From Candidatus Lokiarchaeum ossiferum (lineage in GTDB: Archaea; Asgardarchaeota; Lokiarchaeia; Sigyniarchaeales; Promethearchaeaceae): DNA of 32,000 bases. A program made the position numbers and the translations under genes. The notes under the pieces are model-generated. The model did not search any database and had not been told where the DNA came from. It saw nothing but the letters and a program-made list of their open reading frames with translations. Each line of letters begins with the position of its first letter. Positions within the stretch are counted from its first letter, which is position 1. Positions 25,274 through 32,000 of the stretch are shown here, piece after piece. The DNA is taken from contig CP104013.1 in NCBI GenBank assembly GCA_025839675.1, forward strand, positions 180,001-212,000, written 5' to 3'.

Positions 25274-26356
25274 TTAAACGTCAAGGTGCATTACACTATC
25301 TTTACGTTGAGACCCAGATTCGTATTTTCTGTCTTTCTTGAAAGAATCTCGAAGGGATTGAAACACGAGGTCTAATGGAATATTCATTGGACAATTAGTA
25401 GTGCATCGCCCACATTCTACACAAGTATCCCCAACATGGGTAAATCTGGTAGTAAGAAAAGTCATCTTATCCATGGTTTTAGCTTTAACTTGGGTTGTGA
25501 GGTTACAAACTTTGCAGAAACAGACGGGGCAAGACTTTACACACATTCCACAGGCAGTACATTTTGTTAAAAGGGAAAATCGCTCTTCATTAGCAAGGAA
25601 AGCAGAAAGATCTTTTTCTCTTTTGGTTGTGCACTTGGAAATAACTTCTTGTGCAACCTTGTCATAATCTGCACTAATTTTTTCGTCAACCGCTTTTTTA
25701 CTCCATCCTAAAGTTTCTACCATTCTTTTTGCTCGATCACTTTGTGGTGTTATAATATAATCTTCCGATTTTTCAGGAAGGGAATAAGTTCCGATCATGA
25801 AATCTGCCAGTGCATGATCTTTTTGAATACATCGGGAACAATTACCCGCAATATCAATATCTTTTCCTAAAGGAAAAGATTGAAATTTACCATTTTTCAT
25901 TTTTAAAATAAAATTGGAAGGGGTAAGTCGTTCATATTCAATATCTGCATCTTTAATTTCAGTTTTTTTAAAGAATTTTTTAAGGGATTTGTTCGGAAGG
26001 TATCCTAGATCATGAAAAGCAATAATAAACAAATTTTCCCATACGACTTGCTTTTTCTTGTCCAATTCTACCATCGCTCTTACATCACATGCTCGCCCAA
26101 TAACTGCGACCTTTGTATTAAGCGCTTTTTGACTGTGCAATATGGAATTTGATGCCGAATCTGTCCGGGCGTAACCGTATGTCATTAATTGTGAAAGAGG
26201 AAATAAATCAATCTGAGCAGGGTCGGAAACAAATTCCGGAGTTACTACATAGCGATTCTTCTTTTCTGTACCCGAAAGTATTTCAGACACAACATTTTTC
26301 TTCAAGAGATGTTTCAAGAGTTCTTGGAAATCAGTTTTTGTAATTTGATAGCGCAA
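25274..26356 (-). CDS. Fe-S oxidoreductase subunit, AsrA/HydB (sulfhydrogenase beta)-like or FrhB-like, with two C-terminal 4Fe-4S motifs
   Basis: The N-terminus MRYQITKTDFQELLKHL resembles the start of AsrA/HydB-type proteins. Cluster motifs are CTACGMCVKSCPVCFC and CVECGRCTTNCP. No partner subunit is adjacent. Confidence 0.5.
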   Translation of the reverse strand: MRYQITKTDFQELLKHLLKKNVVSEILSGTEKKNRYVVTPEFVSDPAQIDLFPLSQLMTYGYARTDSASNSILHSQKALNTKVAVIGRACDVRAMVELDKKKQVVWENLFIIAFHDLGYLPNKSLKKFFKKTEIKDADIEYERLTPSNFILKMKNGKFQSFPLGKDIDIAGNCSRCIQKDHALADFMIGTYSLPEKSEDYIITPQSDRAKRMVETLGWSKKAVDEKISADYDKVAQEVISKCTTKREKDLSAFLANEERFSLLTKCTACGMCVKSCPVCFCKVCNLTTQVKAKTMDKMTFLTTRFTHVGDTCVECGRCTTNCPMNIPLDLVFQSLRDSFKKDRKYESGSQRKDSVMHLDV

Positions 26357-26618
26357 AATTCTTACCTCTGACTATATATGTGATAGCTAAAATCAAAAAC
26401 TTAAAGAAACTTTCTATTTCTTCCAGTGAAGGAAAATCATACTATTATAATACCACTTCGTCGAAAATGAAAAATGGAAGGCATGGAATTGTAGGAAAAA
26501 AAACATTTTTATCGATACATCCTAAATAAAAACTCTCACTGACAATAGATGAATTTTGTTGAAAAATTTATTAGAAGTTTAATTTATAGGAAGAATTTCC
26601 TTAAATTTTCTTAATAGC

Positions 26619-28472
26619 ATGGTCAAAATCTGTATTATCGGGGTTTTATGGAACAAATGCAAGGAAATTCGAGTAAAAATGCCTTCCAATAGCAAAAATT
26701 TTCCAAATAAGCAATATTTAAATGTAATTTTTCTGATTTACTTAATATTTTTTCCCATCATCGCTTTTTCCACTTCATCACCATCTGAAAATAACTATTC
26801 GACTCAGATATTAAATACAGATAATGGTATGAAACCCCGACCAAATATATATTCTCCCTCCGCAAAATCACCTGTAATGGTTGATGATATTCTCATTTAT
26901 GATGTAATCCAAAGTGAAAATGGAACGCTATGGGAAGGAAAGTATAAGTATACAATCTCTTCGATTACTAATATTTTAGGTGTTCTAAATATAAAAGCAA
27001 ATTTGTTCATAAAAAATTCAACCACTACTGAATGGGGTTCTTCTGTAAATTCAGAAATGACAATTGGGGAGTTAACCCTAAATAATGTCAAAATTGGAAA
27101 TCCTTACATAATACAGCATCAATATTTCTTTTTTGATTTTCAAGGCGAAAATGATTTGAGTTCTGCAAAAGAACTGATACGTCAAAATATAAGTTCTGAA
27201 AGCTCAATGAATGTAGATAGTGAGATAGAAGAATGGCTGGATTATTTTAATCCTCATCTTTCTTTAGAAATGTCAAATTTAACTCATGAAGGTCACTTTT
27301 CTTATGAATTCTATCGAGGAATTTTAGCTTGTTCTAATGAATCAATTATCCAGCTCTCCAATTCGAATAAAAGTGAAGATTTTTTCATGTTAAATCAAGC
27401 TGAATCCTTCATTCAAAAAGAACAATATAATTTTTGGGGAGCAACGACCCAAAATATACCCCTTCATGCAGATGACCAAATAATTAACACTGATAAATTG
27501 ATTTATTCTTATTCTGATGATGTAAGTTCTAATCCAGAAACTATTTTAAAACAATATACGATTATATCTATTGATCCTGATCCTCAGAATCGCAAAACGA
27601 TAGTAACAACTACGATTGAAGATTATGATGAAGAAAATAGCATTTGGGAATCAAAAGGATCTGGTTTGATCACTATAGACCATTCGAATCCCTTTAAATT
27701 AGCAAGTTATCAAACTAATTTTCTAATTCTACCCTCAACTTTACGCTTCAATATAAATGATACAGTTGAGGAATTAGAAGCCACAAAGTATTGGTTAGAA
27801 GAATATAATATCTGGGACAGTTTTGATTATATAATAAATGCTCAAGATTACTCTTTTCACCTTAAATCTGGCTCAAGAGAAATTAACGTTGCAGCGACCT
27901 ACGGGTTTGATAATATTTTAATGAATTATGAATTGACAGAATATACTTCATCCGTAAAAACAAAATTCATAAGTTACGAACTCAAATACTTGGAATCTAA
28001 AATCAAAGATTGGCTAGATACACCGCCCGCAGCCCCAACATTGCGTTTGTTATCTTCAAGTCTTACTACAAATATCTCAATTCGTTTATCTTGGACTCAA
28101 CCTTTTTTCACTGTAGGTTCAACGGTATACATGCACAGGAGAGAAGGGTTTAATTCATCTTTAGCCTCTCCAGCTACATCTTCGTATATTCCAGTATTGG
28201 AAGGGCTTACAAATACCGAACTGACCTTTCAAGGTGCTGTTAATTATACTTATTACTTCCGAGTTGCATCCGTTAATCCGGGAGGAATAGAATCAAGTTT
28301 ATCCAACTCCGTTACAGTAATAATAAGCGCCAAAGAGGAAACCAGCTTTCCAACTTGGATAATTTTCTTGATCATATTCATAATTATTGGTGGTGTTGCT
28401 ACCTTCTTCATGATTAAAAAACTAAAAACAACAAAAAAAAAAGAAGAGTTAGATCTTTCCGATTTTTCTTAA
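26619..28472 (+). CDS. type-I surface protein: signal/TM, large Asn/Ser-rich ectodomain, FN3 domain, C-terminal TM anchor with Lys-rich tail
   Basis: The likely true start is MPSNSKNF at 26679, followed by LNVIFLIYLIFFPIIAFS. The membrane-proximal region is FN3-like (IRLSWTQP...YYFRVASVNPGGIESSLSNSVTV). The anchor is WIIFLIIFIIIGGVATFFMIKKLKTTKKK. Confidence 0.6.
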   Translation: MVKICIIGVLWNKCKEIRVKMPSNSKNFPNKQYLNVIFLIYLIFFPIIAFSTSSPSENNYSTQILNTDNGMKPRPNIYSPSAKSPVMVDDILIYDVIQSENGTLWEGKYKYTISSITNILGVLNIKANLFIKNSTTTEWGSSVNSEMTIGELTLNNVKIGNPYIIQHQYFFFDFQGENDLSSAKELIRQNISSESSMNVDSEIEEWLDYFNPHLSLEMSNLTHEGHFSYEFYRGILACSNESIIQLSNSNKSEDFFMLNQAESFIQKEQYNFWGATTQNIPLHADDQIINTDKLIYSYSDDVSSNPETILKQYTIISIDPDPQNRKTIVTTTIEDYDEENSIWESKGSGLITIDHSNPFKLASYQTNFLILPSTLRFNINDTVEELEATKYWLEEYNIWDSFDYIINAQDYSFHLKSGSREINVAATYGFDNILMNYELTEYTSSVKTKFISYELKYLESKIKDWLDTPPAAPTLRLLSSSLTTNISIRLSWTQPFFTVGSTVYMHRREGFNSSLASPATSSYIPVLEGLTNTELTFQGAVNYTYYFRVASVNPGGIESSLSNSVTVIISAKEETSFPTWIIFLIIFIIIGGVATFFMIKKLKTTKKKEELDLSDFS

Positions 28473-28487
28473 AAAAATGTGAAAATA

Positions 28488-31400
28488 TTACATATTTTGG
28501 GAAGAATCGGACTGATCTTCATCAAAAACCTCGATTTTTTCTTCTTCATCTATAAAAGAAACTTCCACTTGGTCTGGTTTCATAGATTTTTTATCATCAT
28601 CATGTGAATTTGACTCCATGGTGAGATTATTGTTTTGCCATCCTTTCTTTTTGACGAGATATGAAGCAACGAAAGCTAATCCTATTGAAACACCGATAAT
28701 TCCTCCAACTATGGCGTATGGAATTAATTTAGAAATTAAAGCTGAACTAAACATCTGAGTCGATATTACATTTCCATAAACATCCAGTATCATAATGATA
28801 AACCGCAGATTCGAATCCATATTTTCTAAATCATTTAAAATAATTTCGCATGAATCTTGACTATTATCATAAATTTGGGTATAAGTTTTCCAACCTTGTC
28901 CTTGGGAATATAATATTTGAATCTTCTGGATGGGGTTTTCATCTGAAACATGTAAATTGATTTTAAAAAGCATATCATCAGTGTCATCCTTTTGCGAATA
29001 TTGATAGGATTGAATTTGTGGTGTATAAACATCCCTATAAAGGGTATCATTTGAGTAGTATTTGATTGGTATGTTTTCAAGAACCAATGTGTCTGCGGAC
29101 ACAGAAACGCTGTCATACATCCCCCATAAACGACAATCACCAAAATAGGAATTCTTCACTCTCGCAATTTGCAATTGGTAAGTGATGGATAGAGTTCCGA
29201 CTTCCAATTCGGAAATGAACATATTTAAACCCGAAGTGGTAACCTCTAATGTCGTATTAATTACTTCATCATTCATCAAAAAAACTAAAGAATTTTCAAT
29301 ATATGATGCACCTGCGGGGAATGAATCACTAAAGGCATAATACTGTCCGATTTCTCCATTATTTTGAATTGTTATGGAAATGTTTACAATATCTCCTGGT
29401 AATAATAACTCGTTTGATTCAATATCTTTCCTAAGAGATAGAGATGATTCGGATGATAAAGGCTCTAATAAAGGTGAATTTGTTTTTAAAATATGGTGAT
29501 TTCTTGAATTTTGAGATTCTAAAGGCAGAGTATTAGTACTGACTTCCACATTAATAGGGCCGATTGTTTTTCGTAAGGCTTGTTGACTTTGGCAACCTTG
29601 ATCTGTTCGATTGTAAATTATTGTGGCTCTAATTATCATTTGATCTATTTCATAATCCCCAGTTGTTTGTGGAGCTTGTAACGTAAATACTACCTCACTA
29701 TCCGATTCTATCAATGAAAAATATTTCTCATAATCAATATCTTTTAATTTCATTTCTTCCGGAATTCCCTGTAATGCAACCGTAACATCTTTCATTGGAA
29801 TTCTAGAAGTAATATCAGAAACAATCATAGAAACTTCAAATTCTTCTCCAGGTTGAACAATTATAGCTTTATTAGTGTTAATCGTTGGGTTTGCTCTAAT
29901 GATTTGTTTTTGTGAAAATACATAAGAAATTTGCCCTTCACCTTCAAGATCTATTCTAATATTATTTGATTTCAAATTTGTGTTGGGAATTCTAAGTAAA
30001 ACATCATTCAAATCAATTGAGGTATTACTAACAGCGATTTTTTTAAAAGGTTCTAAATCATCACTAATATAAATTGAGATATTCCCGTCAAACTTAATTA
30101 TCTCATTTGTACTGGCAAATGACTTCAAATTTGTCAAGCTTGTAATTGCTGCGGCCGTATCAGCAGTACTGCTCCAACCCCATTCATTTTTCTCATTTAG
30201 CAAATATTCAATTGATTTTTGAATTATTGAAAAATGATCCAAATATCCATCTAGCGCCAGAGCCCAAACACAATAGGAGGTGATCTCAACATTATTACCA
30301 AGATTTCTCCAATACCACCCAATACGGCCTGGATTGCTCCAATAGACAGTTCCATCCTTTGTATCACGCTCTAACAGAATATAATTAATTAAAGTGTCAC
30401 AAAATGCAGTATTTTCAAAGCTCGAATTTTTAAATCCAAGATAATATAAGGCTGCCCCAAATGGACTTTGGTTATCGGCTGTTCCCCATAAATTTTGTAG
30501 TGCAATATTGGCTTTTTGAATCGCTGTTGAAAGCGTTGATGTTAATGTTGGAGCAGAAAGTAAAGCTTTTGAAATATACGCTGTAGATTCAAAAAGGTTA
30601 GAGCTTAAGTATTCAAACATCCATGTACCATCACTTTTTTGATTCCCAAGAATGAAGTCAATAGCTTTCGAAAATACACTTTCACTAATTGAAAAACCTG
30701 CTGCATCAATTTGATATAGAGCAGAAAGAACTATCGCAGACATTTGAACTCGCGAGTTATCGTCAAACCACCATCCCCACCCTCCATCACTATGTTGAAA
30801 TCCATAAATCCGATTTAGACCTTCGAAAATCATTTGAGTCATTTCCTGCTGTTGTGTAGAAGAAAGCATATTATTATCTTGAAGATATTTATAAATTTTT
30901 GCCGTAGGAAGCAATTTAGACATGGTTTGCTCTACACACCCATACGGGTAACCAATGAGTGATTCCCAAGAGTCGATTGAGATATCCATTAAATCTGTAT
31001 AAAGTGCAATGGTTTCTTTATTGTAAATGCTTAAGGGATCAACAGTAAAATTAATTTGCGTCGAACCTAAAGTTGCATTCAAAAATCCTTTGGTAAAATT
31101 GATAAGTTCAAGACCATTGGGTTGTACATAAATATTCATAAGTTTAGCATCCGAGTAGACTTGGCCAGATATATTCGTCGCAGCTAATAAGGTTATATTA
31201 TTCATATAGGGATTTTCACAGTACAAAGAAAACTCAATTTCTGCGACATAGTCTTTCGGCACTAGTATTTGTTGGACTTCATTATTTAATACTGCAAATC
31301 CAGGCGCATCTATAGCCACATAAACATGAGTTGCTTCTTCCAAATAATTGTGTACATAGCCTTTAACTGATAAAATATCATCCTGATAAATTGGTTCCGC

Positions 31401-32000
31401 AATATCAAATTCAATGAAAAAGGGAAGATATGTTTTAATTTGAATGGTCTGAATTTCTCCCCATAACAGATTTCCTTCTTGGTCTGAATCATAATGATTT
31501 CCCACCGCACGAATTGTCCATTCCCCAATGTTATCAGGTAATTTAAATGTAAAATCAGTTGATTCCGTAATAATCAGGCTTGGGATCCAGTTTGCAGATT
31601 CCGATATGTTTTTTCGAATTTCTGTTTCAAAATTTGATAATAAATCATTAAAGCTTGGAGGTTCAATAGCTCGTTCCCCACCTTTTTGACTATTGGCATC
31701 ATCTGCCGCATAATCTGAAACCATTTCCATTGTATCATCAACAAAATATCTGTTCGGTATATAGATTCCTCCAGTGGAAGATCCATACCCAATCCACCAA
31801 TAACTTTCAGCACTAAATCCGGATCCCCATGAACTCCCGGAACCAATATAGGCATAATATGAAGATTGAGTGAAGTAGGCAAGTTCTGAATCATCCTCGG
31901 GCTCCACATCTAACACCGAACTATCAATAAATGAGAGTGATACAAGGGTTGGATGATTATCATTGGGAGATATTGTCAACGTTATCGTATCTCCCGGTTC
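28488..32000 (-). CDS. alpha-2-macroglobulin-family thioester-containing protein, C-terminally membrane-anchored; 5' end lies outside the window
   Basis: The thioester motif YPYGCVEQT was verified by hand at 30927..30950 (GCVEQ = 30927..30941). The A2M block is IRKNISESANWIPSLII...FKLPDNIGEWTIRAVG, and the TED-like block is QHSDGGWGWW. The C-terminal TM is LIPYAIVGGIIGVSIGLAFVASYLV, followed by an acidic tail. The reading frame is still open at 32000 (the track start at 31979 is a TTG). Confidence 0.85.
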   Translation of the reverse strand, partial: EPGDTITLTISPNDNHPTLVSLSFIDSSVLDVEPEDDSELAYFTQSSYYAYIGSGSSWGSGFSAESYWWIGYGSSTGGIYIPNRYFVDDTMEMVSDYAADDANSQKGGERAIEPPSFNDLLSNFETEIRKNISESANWIPSLIITESTDFTFKLPDNIGEWTIRAVGNHYDSDQEGNLLWGEIQTIQIKTYLPFFIEFDIAEPIYQDDILSVKGYVHNYLEEATHVYVAIDAPGFAVLNNEVQQILVPKDYVAEIEFSLYCENPYMNNITLLAATNISGQVYSDAKLMNIYVQPNGLELINFTKGFLNATLGSTQINFTVDPLSIYNKETIALYTDLMDISIDSWESLIGYPYGCVEQTMSKLLPTAKIYKYLQDNNMLSSTQQQEMTQMIFEGLNRIYGFQHSDGGWGWWFDDNSRVQMSAIVLSALYQIDAAGFSISESVFSKAIDFILGNQKSDGTWMFEYLSSNLFESTAYISKALLSAPTLTSTLSTAIQKANIALQNLWGTADNQSPFGAALYYLGFKNSSFENTAFCDTLINYILLERDTKDGTVYWSNPGRIGWYWRNLGNNVEITSYCVWALALDGYLDHFSIIQKSIEYLLNEKNEWGWSSTADTAAAITSLTNLKSFASTNEIIKFDGNISIYISDDLEPFKKIAVSNTSIDLNDVLLRIPNTNLKSNNIRIDLEGEGQISYVFSQKQIIRANPTINTNKAIIVQPGEEFEVSMIVSDITSRIPMKDVTVALQGIPEEMKLKDIDYEKYFSLIESDSEVVFTLQAPQTTGDYEIDQMIIRATIIYNRTDQGCQSQQALRKTIGPINVEVSTNTLPLESQNSRNHHILKTNSPLLEPLSSESSLSLRKDIESNELLLPGDIVNISITIQNNGEIGQYYAFSDSFPAGASYIENSLVFLMNDEVINTTLEVTTSGLNMFISELEVGTLSITYQLQIARVKNSYFGDCRLWGMYDSVSVSADTLVLENIPIKYYSNDTLYRDVYTPQIQSYQYSQKDDTDDMLFKINLHVSDENPIQKIQILYSQGQGWKTYTQIYDNSQDSCEIILNDLENMDSNLRFIIMILDVYGNVISTQMFSSALISKLIPYAIVGGIIGVSIGLAFVASYLVKKKGWQNNNLTMESNSHDDDKKSMKPDQVEVSFIDEEEKIEVFDEDQSDSSQNM

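Noticed and set aside
28835-31909. ORFs 28835..29143(-), 31310..31528(-) and 31574..31909(-)
   Set aside because: They are alternative frames nested inside the 1163+-aa thioester protein gene.
1-32000. Search for mobile elements, prophage, integrase/transposase or toxin-antitoxin/defence cassettes
   Set aside because: I recognised no transposase, integrase, reverse transcriptase, restriction-modification or Cas-like motifs in any frame. There are no long terminal inverted repeats. tRNA-Ser is not followed by an integrase or a direct repeat of its 3' end that I could see.

Overview
This is an AT-rich archaeal chromosomal segment. The archaeal assignment rests on an archaeal-type ribosomal protein uS10, ribosomal protein eS25, a class-II tRNA-Ser, TTTTAAAA-type TATA boxes and oligo-T/pyrimidine tracts after stop codons. 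The gene content (WD40 propeller, Bud23-like methyltransferases, classical zinc-finger pattern, thioester protein, many type-I membrane-anchored surface proteins) would fit an Asgard/Loki-like lineage, but that is inference only. I support about 35 protein genes. They include a PAS hybrid histidine kinase plus an orphan receiver, two tandem Bud23/WBSCR22-like methyltransferases, and a BpsA-like aminopropyltransferase with a distant SpeH (AdoMet decarboxylase). Also present are a C39-like cysteine peptidase, a B12-binding radical SAM enzyme, SfsA, a divergent kbl/tdh threonine-catabolism pair and two tandem COG2945-type alpha/beta hydrolases. The rest are a 710-aa protein with 18 perfect-period KPKKE pentapeptide repeats, two P-loop kinase-like proteins, a 2x[4Fe-4S] ferredoxin, an AsrA/HydB-like Fe-S protein, an FN3 surface protein and a large alpha-2-macroglobulin-type thioester protein (GCVEQ) that runs off the right edge. 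The feature the ORF track does not explain lies at about 21455-22113. It is six head-to-tail copies of a 112-bp unit, each built like an autonomous archaeal mini-gene: TTTTAAAA 30 nt upstream of an ATG, a 25-codon ORF (MKKNNIKNNNYRLAYSYTTDLRTIA), a stop, then T8. I rank this array as the best candidate for something undescribed, either a multicopy small-peptide or an ncRNA locus. I saw no transposase, integrase, CRISPR array, rRNA or recognisable defence system.
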